Under the pieces are notes generated by a model. The model ran no database searches and was not told the DNA's origin. It saw only the letters and a list, made by a program, of their open reading frames with translations. The position numbers and the translations under genes are program-made. From Narcine bancroftii (lineage: Eukaryota), in NCBI RefSeq assembly GCF_036971445.1, contig NC_091471.1:235476001-235540000 (forward strand): a stretch of DNA of 64,000 nucleotides, given 5' to 3'. Below, one piece after another: positions 38,881 to 51,984 of this stretch (position 1 is the first letter of the stretch; the number at the start of each line of letters is the position of its first letter).

Positions 38881-40130
38881 TGACCTAAAAGTAAAAGTAA
38901 AAACACAAAATCCTGGAGAAACAAACATTATCCTTTATACAACAAAGGTAAAAATCCATAACCGACGTTTCGGCTTGGAGAAATGTCGGCAGGTGTCCAA
39001 ACAAAGAGGTCACAAAGGCAGGAGGTAATAGGTGGAGAAGGGAGGGAGGGGACAGCGGGAAGCAAGGGGTGGAGGGGTGACTGGGTAAAGGGAGAGGGAA
39101 GTATCCGCAGGATTGATTTACTGCATCTGGTACTCCCAGTGTGGTCTTCTCTACGTCAGAGAGACGGGGCTCTGTACCAGTGACAGGGACCTCCCAGGGG
39201 CCAACCCTTTCAGTTCTGTGTCGCACTCCCCACCCACTCACACGTCTGTCCATAGTCTTGTGCACTGTCCCTCCCAGACCATCCACAAATCTGATCTTCC
39301 GTCTGGGCCCTCTGCATCCGGAGGGCATTAATGTTGGCTAATCCGGTTTCTGCTGTCCGGTTTCTGCTGGCCTGCTCTCTTTTTCCCCTCCCCTCCCCCT
39401 TCCCTCTCTGCCTGTCAGCTCCACCCCTTCCCTCTCTATTCCCCCCGCTTGCTACTGTGTCCTCCCTCCCTTCTCCACTGATTACCTCCTCCCCCTTACC
39501 ATTTTGTTCAGACGCCTGCCGACATTTTCCCATGCCTTGAAGGGCTCAAGCCCAAAACGTCGGTTTTATATCTTTACCTTTGCTATATAAAGGACACTGG
39601 CCTGCTGAGCTTCTCCAAACAGGGGTGGGGGTGGGGGGGAGTTGGATCTATGAATGGAAAGGGAAGGGGGTGAAGAGATGACAGGGGGTGTAGAGCTGAC
39701 AGGGGGAAGGAGAGGGAGGGGGAAAGGAGAGCAGGCCAGCAGAAACCGGAGAAGCGTTAATGCCATTCGGCTGCAGAAGGCCCAGACGGAAAATCAGGCA
39801 TTGTCCCTCCAATTTACAGCTGGTCCTGATGCAATCGTACATGAGGCCATGGACAGATGTGTCAGCGAGGGAGTGGGGCTCGGAATCGAAGCGGTTGGCC
39901 CCTGGGGGGTCCCCATCACTGGTGTGGACAGAGTAAAGTTACCTCCCAGTCTGTGCCCCATCTCTCCGACGTAGAGAAGGCCTCACTGGGAGTACTGGAT
40001 GCAGTAAATCAACCCAGCGAATACTTACCCTTCCCTTCACCCATCCACCCCTCCTCCCCTTTCTATATCGTCATTGTTTCTGTGTAAAGGACAACGTTTG
40101 ACCAGCTGAGATTCTCCAGTGTTGGAGTCT
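37330..40130. mobile_element. Penelope-like element fragments (GIY-YIG plus 3' region) in alternating orientation
   Basis: TCESAGTIYRIRCSRCGLFYV (37485-), IYCIWYSQCGLLYVRETG (39113-), reverse copy 39760-40010; 38930-39010 is the inverted copy of 39500-39600. Confidence 0.75.
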
Positions 40131-41163
40131 TACTATAAATTATAATTCCGTGAATAGGTTGAAATAACATAAAGGCCGCTTTTTGAAGACCCCGTCTCAT
40201 GTCGATGTCCTTGATGGAGTGAAGTCTGGTTCCCGTGATGTCACAGGCCGAGTGAACAACCCTGTGAAGTTTATTCTTGTCCTGAGAGTTGGCACCTCCA
40301 TACCAGACAGTGACGGAACGAGCCAGAATGTTCTCCATGGTCCACCTGTAGAGGTTTAAAAGAGACTTCGGTGACGACCGAATCTCCTCAGACCCCGCAC
40401 AGAGTCTCACCACTGATGAGCCTTCCTTATGATTACATCAACGTGGAGGCTCCAGGACAGATCCTTGGATATATTTACCCCAGGAATTTTTTTTTAAAAA
40501 TTTTGTATTTTTCACACTATAAACCATATTGAACAAGATACATACATTTTCCTTTAATAAATATATACAGTGTCGTTTTCTCCCCCCCTTCCCTCCTCCC
40601 CTCCCTCCCTCCCTCACCTCTCCACCCACTTATTTAAAGTTCAGAATTTAAGATACATTAAACCCGTTAAACAATGTTGTCACTCAAAAAAAATAAACAA
40701 GAAATTCCACTGAGTCAATTCTTTTCATTCCCTTCTCCTTCTGTAATTTTAGGTGGTAGATGTCCCCGGTAGGTTTTCTCTATTGTGTTTCATGTATGGC
40801 TCCCATATTTGTTCAAATATTGTAATATTATTTCTTAAATTATATGTTATTTTTCCTAATGGAATACATTTATTCATTTCTATATACCTGTGATAGTACA
40901 GATCTATCACCAATGTACATAGTGTATATAGTTACTGTATCTAGACTGTGCTTACAGCGATTGGCTGAGAGCTAAGCCACACCTATTGTTTGGGCCTTAA
41001 AGGGTTGTGTCCCTAGCCAGGTCGGATCATTCCGGACTGGTCGGCCACCTGTGAAGAGCTCCGGTCTTTTGCTAATAAAAGCCTTGGTTTGGATCAACAA
41101 GTCTTTGGTTCTTTCGACGAGCTCTACAATTTTATTAGCAAAAAGAATTTTTTTTTGAAAGGG

Positions 41164-41913
41164 ATGGAGCGTTTAACTCGGCCAGAAAAACTTGATATCG
41201 ACCCACAGTCAGCTACAGCCTTCAAAGCCTTTAAGTTCTGGCTGCTGAACTTTGAAAACTTCCTGAGATTCATTCAGGTAGAGGAGGATAACCAGTGTCT
41301 AACAGCATTGCTGTCTATGGTGTCCTTGAGAGTCTACGAGAACATCCAGGATGAGACCACTTACACCGCAGCCATAAAGGTACTGAAGGAACTGTATGAT
41401 CAACCGGTGAACAGAGTTCATGCCCGGCTCATGCTTGCGTCGAGGAAGCAACAGCCCGGCGAGTCCAGCAGGGCATATTTACAAGTATTAAAGGCATTGG
41501 GCAAGGACTGTAACTGTGTGGACAAAACTGCTGCCGAGATCACTAGCGACCTCGTCCGGGATGCCTATGTGGCCGGGCTCCGGTCGAACGAAGTGAGGCT
41601 GCGTTTGCTCGAGCAAGGGGTAGAAAAACTAGAGGACGTGGCCCGGATTGCAATCACAATGGAGGATGCAGCCTTAAAGTCCACCGAGCTCTCTAGGGAC
41701 TGGACCCCTCGTTCTGATGTGAGTAGAGTGCCACCCACAACAGCACTTCCGGGAGGTTCTCCAACCTGCTTCTCGAGCGTTGACTACGTCATCCCGTTGC
41801 GTGACGTCATCCCGTTGCGTGACGTCATCGCGCAAAACTCGCCTGTCAACTGCTTCAATAACATTAAACCAGCAATGCTCTCATCCCCTCACCAGAGCAA
41901 TGGAACTGATTAA
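41164..41913 (+). CDS. Gypsy gag
   Basis: MERLTRPEKLDIDPQS...RKQQPGES...VRDAYVAGL; zinc knuckle absent. Confidence 0.8.
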   Translation: MERLTRPEKLDIDPQSATAFKAFKFWLLNFENFLRFIQVEEDNQCLTALLSMVSLRVYENIQDETTYTAAIKVLKELYDQPVNRVHARLMLASRKQQPGESSRAYLQVLKALGKDCNCVDKTAAEITSDLVRDAYVAGLRSNEVRLRLLEQGVEKLEDVARIAITMEDAALKSTELSRDWTPRSDVSRVPPTTALPGGSPTCFSSVDYVIPLRDVIPLRDVIAQNSPVNCFNNIKPAMLSSPHQSNGTD

Positions 41914-44704
41914 AGTGCATGGACACTACACCAATTGCTTATTTGACTCTGGGTCAACTGACAGTTTTATCCAGCCAGATCTGGCCTTCCGTTGGGGACT
42001 TGACATTATCCCCACTACCCAGAGGATCTCATTAGCGACGAGGTCGCACTCGACTGGGATAAAGGGGTATTGCATCGCCACGCTGGAAGTACAGGGCGTG
42101 ACGGTCACCCACTTTAAATTATTCGTCCTTCCCCAATTGTGCGCCCCAGTGTTGCTGGGATTAGACTTCCAGTGTCAGTTCCAAACGGTGTCCCTACACT
42201 TTGGGGGACCCCACGCCCCCCTCTCGGTCTGCCATCGCCCCACTCCCGAAGCACCCGAGCAACCCGCCCCCGTGCCCCGGGGCCAATCCTGCGGCCTTTC
42301 CACACTCCGGATTGCCCCGCCAGCACTCTTCGCAAACCTCACCCCTGGCTGGAAGCCTGTGGCCACCAAAAGTCGGCAATATAGTTACGAAAACAGGCAA
42401 TTCATTAGGAGTGAGGTGCGTAGATTGCTGGATGAGGGCATCATCGAACCCAGTTCAGGCCCCTGGAGAGCCCAGGTGGTGGTTGTCAAGAATGGGGAAA
42501 AACTACGGATGGTGGTCGACTATAGCCAGACCATTAACCGCTTCACACTCCTGGATGCGTACCCCCTGCCACGCATCACGGATGTGGTGAACCAGATCGC
42601 CCAGTACCGCATTTTCTCCACTATTGACCTACGTTCGGCCTACCACCAGCTCCCGATCCGCTGCGAGGACCGACCATTCACGGCCTTTGAAGCGAATGGG
42701 CGGCTATATCAATTTCTCAGGGTACCATTCGGGGTCACAAATGGTGTCGCGGTCTTCCAGCGGGAAATGGACAGGATGGTGGACCAGAACGGGCTAACCG
42801 CTACCTTCCCGTATCTGGACAATATCACCATCTGCGGCCACGACATGCAGGACCATGACGCCAACCTAGACAAATTTCTTCAAACTGCCCGTCAGCTAAA
42901 CCTGACTTACAATTTGGACAAGTGTGTTTTCCGGACCACACGACTCGCTATTCTAGGTTGTGTGGTGGAAAACGGGATAGTCATGCCAGATCCTGACCGC
43001 ATGCGTCCCTTAATGGACACCCCCCCCACATACCCAGAAAGCTCTCAAACGCTGCCTGGGCCTTTTCTCGTATTACGCCCAATGGGTTCCAAACTACGCC
43101 GACAAGGCACGTCCTCTTATCAAGACCACCTCTTTTCCCCTCTCGACCGAAGCCACAGCGGCTTTCGATCGAATCAAATCTGACATCGCTGCTGCGACGC
43201 TGCACGCGATCGATGAGTCTGTCCCGTTTCAAGTCGAGAGCGATGCATCCGACTTCGCCCTGGCAGCCACCTTGAACCAGGCCGGTCGGCCTGTAGCCTT
43301 CTTCTCCAGAACCCTCCAGGGTCCGGAGAGTAGACACTCCTCGATCGAGAAGGAGGCCCAGGCCATAGTTGAAGCGGTACGTCGTTGGAGACATTACCTC
43401 GCTGGGAGGCGCTTTACACTGTTGACTGATCAACGCGCGGTCTCCTTCATGTTCAGCAACACCCAGCGTGGTAAGATAAAAAACGACAAAATCGCCAGAT
43501 GGAGAATCGAACTCTCCACCTTTAACTATGACATCCTGTACCGGCCTGGTAAGCTCAACGACCCGCCTGACGCGCTCTCCAGGGGTCGTGCGCCAGCATA
43601 CAGATGGACAGACTACGGAAACTCCATGAGGCGCTCTGTCATCCAGGGGTCACTAGGTTTGCTCACTTTGTCAAGGCGCGCAACTTACCCTACACAGTTG
43701 AGGAGATCCGCTCCATGACCCGAGCCTGTTCGGTGTGCGCCGAATGCAAGCCCCACTTCTTCCATCCGGATAACTCCCACGTCATCAAAGCCACCCGCCC
43801 CTTCGAGCGTCTTAGCGTAGACTTTAAGGGACCCCTACCGTCGACCAACCGTAATACCTACATCCTTACGGCCATCGACGAATACTCCCGCTTCCCATTC
43901 GCTGTGGCCTGCCCAGACACCACTGCCACCTCAGTGATACAGGCCCTTCACAGTATTTTCACCATCTTCGGGTACCCCAATTCCATCCACAGTGATAGGG
44001 GGTCCTCATTCATGAGTGCAGAGCTGCAACAGTACCTTCTGGAGTGTGGTATTGCTTCAAGCAGGACCACGAGCTATAACCCACGCGGTAATGGCCAGGT
44101 CGAGAGGGAGAATGCCACCATATGGAGAGCGGTTACACTGGCTCTCCGGTCTAAAGGTCTCCCCACCTCTCACTGGCAGGAGGTTCTCACTAGTGCCTTA
44201 CACTCCATCCGCTCCCTCCTATGTACTGCAACAAATGCCACCCCCCACGAAAGGATGTTCCTTTTCCCGAGGAAATCCGAATCGGGAACCACTGTACCGG
44301 CATGGCTCACCGTCCCTGGCCCCGTCCTTTTGCGACGCCACGTCCGGCACTCAAAGAACGACCCCTTGGTCGACCGAGTGACTCTACTCCACGCGAACCC
44401 ACATTACGCATACGTGGAGTTCCCAGACGGGCGGGAGGACACTGTTTCGGTGCGGGACCTAGCTCAGGACGCGGTAGACCCAGCAAACCCCCCAACTCCT
44501 TATGCTCCAGGCCCCGTGCCGCAACAGAAGGACCAACAGCACCCCAATGACTCGGGCCACCCTGCCGACAAAACGACTGGGGAATTGAGCGACGGAGCAG
44601 TCGCACCCGATGAGCCCGCTGGCGACACCACTCCAGCGACCCCAATCCCGGCACCACGGCGGTCACGCCGGATGGTCAGACCCCCTGACCGCTACAGTCC
44701 TTGA
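41780..44704 (+). pseudogene. Gypsy pol (PR, RT, RNase H, integrase) with two frameshifts
   Basis: LFDSGS, IDLRSAYHQ, RVPFG, YLDN, ESDAS, TDQ, H-H-C-C zinc finger, D-D-E (VDFKG, HSDRG, GQVER); shifts at the C-run ~43020 and G-run ~43583. Confidence 0.88.
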
Positions 44705-45964
44705 CCTACCCCTTCCTTTTCATTCTCTCCCTCGTTTTTGTTTTTTTTTTTCCCAGGGTCAATTCTCCAAGAAGGGGTGAATGTGATAGTACAGATCTAT
44801 CACCAATGTACATAGTGTATATAGTTACTGTATCTAGACTGTGCTTACAGCGATTGGCTGAGAGCTAAGCCACACCTATTGTTTGGGCCTTAAAGGGTTG
44901 TGTCCCTAGCCAGGTCGGATCATTCCGGACTGGTCGGCCACCTGTGAAGAGCTCCGGTCTTTTGCTAATAAAAGCCTTGGTTTGGATCAACAAGTCTTTG
45001 GTTCTTTCGACGAGCTCTACAATACCATTGTTGTATTCTCAAATTATCTTCTAATTTCCAGGTTGACATAATACATTTTGTTGCTACAGCTAGGGCTATC
45101 ATAACAAATCTTTTTTGTGCTCCATCCAAATCAATTCCAAATTCTTTGTTTTTTATGTTACTTAGGAGGAAGATCTCTGGCTTTTTGGTATATTGCTTTT
45201 TGTGATTTTATTTAGTATCTGGTTTAGATCTTCCCAAAATTTTTTCACTTTCTCACATGTCCATATTGCATGAATTGTTCCCGTTTCCTTTTTACAGCGA
45301 AAGCATCTGTCTGATACTGTTGGGTCCCATTTATTTAACTTTTGAGGTGTAATGTATAGCCTGTGTATCCAGTTATATTGTATCATACGTAACCTTGTGT
45401 TTATTGTATTTCTCATGGTTCCGGAGCATAGTTTCTCCCATATTTCATTCTTTATCTTTATGCTTAGATCTTGTTCCCATTTTTGTTTGGTTTTACCATT
45501 TGTTTCCTCATTCTCCTTTTCTTGCAGTTTAATATACATGTTTGTTATAAATTTTTTGATTATCATTGTATCTGTAATCACATATTCAAAATTACTTACC
45601 TCAGACTGTTTCCTAATTTGTCCTTTTTTTTTCTTGTAGTGGTTTAAAACATTTTAATAAATATATTGACAATAAATATGAATGACTCCGCATGCTTCCT
45701 CTCGACATCCAGTATTTGAAGCCTTTAAAAATATGCTTCATAAGACTACAAGACATAGGAGCAGAAATAGGCTATTCAGCCCATTGAGTTTGCCCTACCA
45801 TTCAATCATGAGCTGATCCATTTTCTCACTACCCAGCCTTCTCCCCATAACCTTAGTAGTTAAACAAGAATCCATCAATTTCTACCTTAAATATACCCAA
45901 TGACCTAGCCTCCACAACTGCCTGTGGCAACAAATTCCACAAATCTGGTTAATGTGGGATTACT

Positions 45965-48900
45965 TTTAAAAAAATTTTTATTTTTTATTTTTCACACCAT
46001 AAATCGCATTAACCATGATACACACTTTTTCCTTTTCACACATATACAGTGCCATTTTCTCCCCCCCCCTCCCTCCTCCCATCCCACCCTCCCTACTTCC
46101 CCCCTCCCATCCATTTAAGGTATAAAATCGAGGATACATTAAACCAGTCAGACAATGTTGTCATTCAATAAAAATACACCAGAAAATTCCACTGAGTCCA
46201 TTCTTTTCATTTCCTTTTCCTTCCGTTAACTTAGGTAGTGATTGTCCCCGGTAGGTTTTCGCTATTGTGTTTAATGTAAGGCTCCCATATTTGTTCGAAT
46301 ATTTCAATATTATTTCTTAAACTATATGTTTTTTTTTCTAATGGAATACATTTATTCATTTCTATATACCATTGTTGAATTTTCAAATTATCTTCCAATT
46401 TCCAGGTTGACATAATACATTTTTTTGCTACGGCTAGAGCTATCTTAACAAATCTTTTTTGTGCATCCTTCAAATCAATTCCAAATTCTTTGTTTTTTAT
46501 GTTACTTAGGAGGAAGATCTCTGGATTCTTTGGTATATTGTTTTCTGTTATTTTATTTAATATCTGATTTAGATCTTCCCAAAATTTTTCTACTTTCTCA
46601 CATGTCCAGATTGCATGAATTGTTGTTCCCATTTCTTTTTTACATCGAAAACATCTATCAGATACTGTTGGGTCCCATTTATTTAACTTTTGAGGTGTAA
46701 TGTATAGCCTGTGTATGCAGTTATATTGTATCATACGTAACCTCGTATTTATTGTATTTCTCATTGTTCCAGAGCATAACTTCTCCCATGTTTCCTTTTT
46801 TATCTTTATATTTAAATCTTGTTCCCATTTTTGTTCAGTTTTACCATTTATTTCCTCATTCTCCTTTTCTTGAAGTTTAATATACATATTTGTTATAAAT
46901 CTTTTGATTATCATTGTATCTGTAATCACATATTCAAAGTTACTTCCCTCTGGCAAACTCAAACTGCTTCCTAATTTATCCTTCAAGTAGGATCTCAACT
47001 GGTAATATGCCAGCGCTGTATCTTGAGTTATATTGTATTTATCTTTCATTTATTCAAAGGATAAGAATCTATTTCCTGAAAAACAATTTTCTATTCTTTT
47101 AATCCCTTTTTTCTCCCATTCTCTAAAGGAAAGGTTATCTATTGTAAAAGGGAGTAACTTGTTTTGCGTCAATATTAGTTTTGGCAATTGATAATTTGTT
47201 TTATTTCTTTCTACATGAATCTTCTTCCAAATATTGAGTAGATGATGTAATACTGGAGAACTTCTATGTTGTACCAATTTTTCATCCCATTTATATAATA
47301 TGTGTTCAGGTATCTTTAACCCCTATTTTATCTAATTCTAACCTAGTCCAATCTGGCTTTTCCCTTGTTTGATAAAAATCTGATAGGTATCTTAATTGTG
47401 CGGCTCTGTAATAATTTTTAAAGTTTGGCAGTTGTAAGCCTCCTTGTTTATACCATTCTGTTAATTTATCTAGTGCTATCCTCGGTTTCCCCCCTTTCCA
47501 TAAAAATTTCCTTATTATTTTCTTTAACTCCTTGAAGAATTTCTCTGTCAGTTGTATTGGCAATGCCTGAAATAGGTATAATATCCTTGGAAAAATGTTC
47601 ATTTTAATACAGTTTATCCTTCCTATTAGTGTTAGTGGTAAATCTTTCCAATGCTCTAAAACGTCCTGTAATTTTTTCATTAGTGGATAATAATTGAGTT
47701 TATATAGTTGGTCGAGATTTTTGTTTATTTGTACACCTAGGTATCTTATTGCTTGCATTTGCCATCTAAATGGTGATTCCTTCTTAAATTTTGAGAAATC
47801 CGCATTATTCATAGGCATTGCTTCACTTTTATTTACGTTGATCTTGTAACCCGACACTTCTCCATATTCCTTCAATTTCTTATATAATTCTCTTATTGAT
47901 AGTTCTGGTTCTGTTAAGTATACTATAACATCATCCGCAAATAAACTGATTTTATATTCCTTGTCTTTTATTTTTATTCCTTTTATATTATTTTCTGTCC
48001 TTATCAATTCTGCTAGTGGTTCTATAGCTAACACAAACAATAAAGGTGATAGTGGGCATCCCTGCCGTGTTGACCTGCTTAAGTTAAATTGCTTTGATAC
48101 ATGTCCATTTACTGTCACTTTCGCTAACGGTCCCTTATATAATGCTTTAATCCAATTAATATACTTCTCCGGTAAACTGAATTTTTGCAATACTTTGAAC
48201 AAATAATTCCATTCTACTCTGTCAAAGGCCTTCTCTGCGTCTAAAGCAACTGCTACTGTTGGTGCTTTATTCCCTTCTACTGCATGAATTAAGTTAATAC
48301 ATTTACAAATATTGTCTGTTGTGCGTCTTTTTTTGATAAATCCAGTTTGGTCTAGATTTACCATTTTCGGTACATACTCTGCTAATCTATTTGCTAATAG
48401 TTTAGCTATTATCTTATAATCTGTGTTAAGTAAAGATATTGGTCTATATGACGCTGGTATGAGTGGATCTTTCCCTTGTTTTAGTATTACTGTAATTATT
48501 GCTGTTTTACATGAATCTGGTAAGCTTTGTGTTTTATCAATCTGGTTGATTACTTCCAGGAGGGGCGGAATTAATTAGTCTTTAAATGTTTTATAAAATT
48601 CTATTGGGAATCCATCCTCTCCTGGTGTCTTATTATTTGGTAATTTTTTTATTATCTCTTGTATTTCTACTATTTCAAATGGCTCTGTTAATTTATTTTG
48701 TTTCTCTATTTGTAGTTTTGGTAGTTCAATTTTAGTTAGAAATTCATCTATTTTCCCTTCTTTCCCTTCGTTTTCAGTTCGGTATAATTGTTCATAGAAT
48801 TCTCTAAAGTTTTCCTTAATTTCTTTTGGATTATATGTAATTTGTTTGTCTTTTTTCCTTGATGCCAATACCATTTTCTTAGCTTGTTCTGTCTTAAGCT

Positions 48901-51900
48901 GCCATGCTAGGATTTTGTGCGTTTTTTCACCTAGTTCATAATATTTCTGTTTTGTCTTCATTATATTCTTCTCCACCTTATATGTTTGTAGTGTTTCATA
49001 TTTTATTTTTTTATCTGCCAATTCTCTTCTTTTAGTTGTATCTTCCTTCATTGCTAATTCTTTTTCTATATTTACTATTTCCCTTTCCAACTGCTGTGTT
49101 TCCTGATTATAGTCCTTCTTCATCTTGGTTACATAACTTATTATTTGCCCTCTAATGAATTTGTTTTTCAATAAATTCTCTAAAATCCTGCCTTTTAAGT
49201 AACATGGGGTTTAATCTCCATCCATACATTCTTGGAGGGATGTCCTCTAACTTTACTGTCAATATTAAGGGTGAATGGTCCGATAGTATTCTAGCTTTAT
49301 ATTCTGTTTTTTTTTACTCTATCTTGCATATGAGCTGATAACAAAAATAGGTCTATTCTTGAGTATGTTTTATGTCTAGCCGAGTAATATGAATACTCCT
49401 TTTCCTTTGGATGTTGTTTCCTCCATATATCCAAAAGTTGCATTTCTTCCATCGATTTAATTATAAATTTGGTTACTTTGTTCTTTCTGTTAATTTTTTT
49501 CCCAGTTTTGTCCATATTTGAATCCAAATTCAGGTTGAAATCCCCTCCTATTAATATGTTCCCTTGCGTATCTGCTATCTTCAAAAAGATATCTTGCATA
49601 AACTTTTGATCTTCTTCGTTAGGTGAATATATATTGAGTAGATTCCAAAACTCCGAATATATCTGACATTTTATCATTACATATCTCCCTGCTGGATCTA
49701 TTATTTCCTCTTCTATTTTAAATGGCACATTTTTACTAATTAATATAGCTACTCCTCTTGCTTTTCAATTATACAATGCTGCTGTTACGTGTCCTACCCA
49801 ATCTCTCTTTAATTTCTTGTGCTCCAATTCAGTTAAATGTGTTTCTTGCACAAATGTTATATCAATTTTTTTCTTTTTTCAGTAAATTTAGCAGTTTCTT
49901 CCTTTTAATTTGGTTATGTATTCCATTAATATTTAAAGTCATATAGTTCAACATAGCCATTTTATACTTTGTTTATCTTCCCTTTCCGTTTCTCGATCAT
50001 TACCTTTCCTTCTTATCCATTTCTGTTTTCTTGTTTTGAACCCTTTATAAGACAACATTCCTAAAACATCAAACATTTTCCTTATTCTCCTATTTAAAAC
50101 TTCTTTAGCCCCAATCCCCCCTTCCCCTCCTGAGTTGTCCTTTATCCCTTGTCGGACAACCACATCTCCCCTCTCCTTTGGATTTGCGAATTCACTCGCA
50201 AGCGTCAGCTGATTTTGCAGTGACTGTAACTCTTCCCCACCCAGCCACCCCAGAAAAGATTTCACTTTTCATATGTAACAAAGGTCACTCTTTTAATTCC
50301 CTCCTTATTCCCTCTATTCCATTTCCTTCCCTTATTAATTCTTGTCTATACTATCTATATTTTCCTCTAAATATGGATACATTCATGTATGCACATTATA
50401 CATATACACACATATACCTCTTTACCCACATACATATAAATCGTGGTCATTTTTACTCTTATTACATGTCTTCATCTCTCTGTTTGTTTTGTAGTTGTTC
50501 TGCAAATTTCCTTGCTTCCTCTGGATCCGAGAATAGTTTTTTTCCATAAGATCGTTTTCGATGTATTGAACTCCTTCCTCTTCTTCAGGAGTTCAAAACT
50601 TATGTGTCTTTTTAGTTCGCAGTCTTTTGTACTCTCGTTACACGTCTTCATCTCTCAGTCTATTTTGTAATTGTTCTGCAAATTTTTGTGCTTCCTCTGG
50701 ATCCGAGAATAGTCTGTTTTGTTTTCCTGGAATAAATATTTTCAATACCGCTGGATGCTTTAGTATAAATTTATACCCTTTCTTCCATAAAATCGCCTTT
50801 GCTGTATTGAACTCCTTTCTCTTCTTCAGGAGTTCAAAACTTATATCTGGATAAATGAAGATTTTTTGCCCTTTGTACTCCAGTGGCTTGTTGCCCTCTC
50901 TTACTTTTTCCATTGTTTTCTCCAGTACCTTTTCTCTTGTAGTATATCTTAGGAATTTTACTAAAATAGATCTTGGCTTTTGTTGTGGTTGTGGTTTAAA
51001 GGCCAATGCTCTATGTGCCCTTTCTGTTTCCATTTCTTGCTGTAGTTCTGGACATCCTCGGATCCTAGGGATCCAATCTTTTATAAACTCTCTCATATTC
51101 TTGCCTTCTTCATCTTCATTAAGGCCCACTATCTTTATGTTATTTCTTCTGTTATAATTTTCCATTATATCTATTTTCTGAGCTAACAGTTCTTGTGTCT
51201 CTTTAACTTTTTTATTAGATTCCTCTAATTTCTTTTTTAAGTCCTCTACCTCCATTTCTACTGCTGCTTCTCGTTCTTCCACCTTGTCCATTTTTTTTCC
51301 CATTTCTGATAAGGTCATATCTATTTTATTCATTTTCTCTTCTGTATTGTTTATTCTTCTTCTTAAATCATTAAATTCTTGCGCTTGCCATTCTTTAAAT
51401 GACTCCATGTATTCTTTAATAAGAGAAAGTATATCCTTTGTCTTGCCTTTCCCTTCTTCTTCTATTTCAATGTACTCTTCCTCTTCTTCTTCCTCTGGGT
51501 TGGCCATCTGTTGTTTCTTTGTTGTCCTTTTCTTCTCTTCTTTCTTGTTTTCGTTGTCTTCTATATTCTCCTCTTGCTGCAGCTGTTCTGCAGCTGTCAT
51601 TGCCGGCTGTGGAAATCGACTCCCCAGCTGGTCACCCCTCCCGTCGTTGTGTTTTTTTGCATGCGCGGTTGCGCACTTTTACTCGGCTCAGCGAGCCATT
51701 TTTGTAGTCCACTTTCTACCGACCTGAGGGAGCGGGTTTCTCTCTCCACCGCGGGCCTCTTCGAACAGGTAAGGCCTTCTCCTTCTTCTTCCGTTGTCTT
51801 CTCTTCCTCTCTTCTTACCGTTGGTTTTGATTTTTCTTTTTTCGTCGCCATCTTCTTTCCACCTTTATACTCACTTTACTTTAATTTTTATTTTTGTGCC

Positions 51901-51984
51901 TTTGTGTTTTCCTTTGTTTTTTCCGACTTTTCTGGAGAGGGCTGGAGTTCACCGTCCGGCCACTACTCCATCACGTGACTCCTC
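45965..51984 (-). mobile_element. L1-B: full-length L1 (5'UTR, ORF1 50638-51600, disrupted ORF2)
   Basis: 5' end gaggagtcacgtgatggagtag, ORF1 and ORF2 motifs, A-rich tail ~45965-45990; TSD tcc(t/c)aatttgtcctt at 45611-45625 and 51985-51999. Confidence 0.92.

Larger units (their letters stand above)
40889..45021 (+). mobile_element. Young Gypsy/Ty3 LTR retrotransposon
   Basis: 240-bp TG..CA LTRs (40889-41128, 44782-45021) that read as identical; 5-bp TSD ATACC; polypurine tract aagaaggggtgaa; gag-PR-RT-RH-INT order. Confidence 0.96.
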
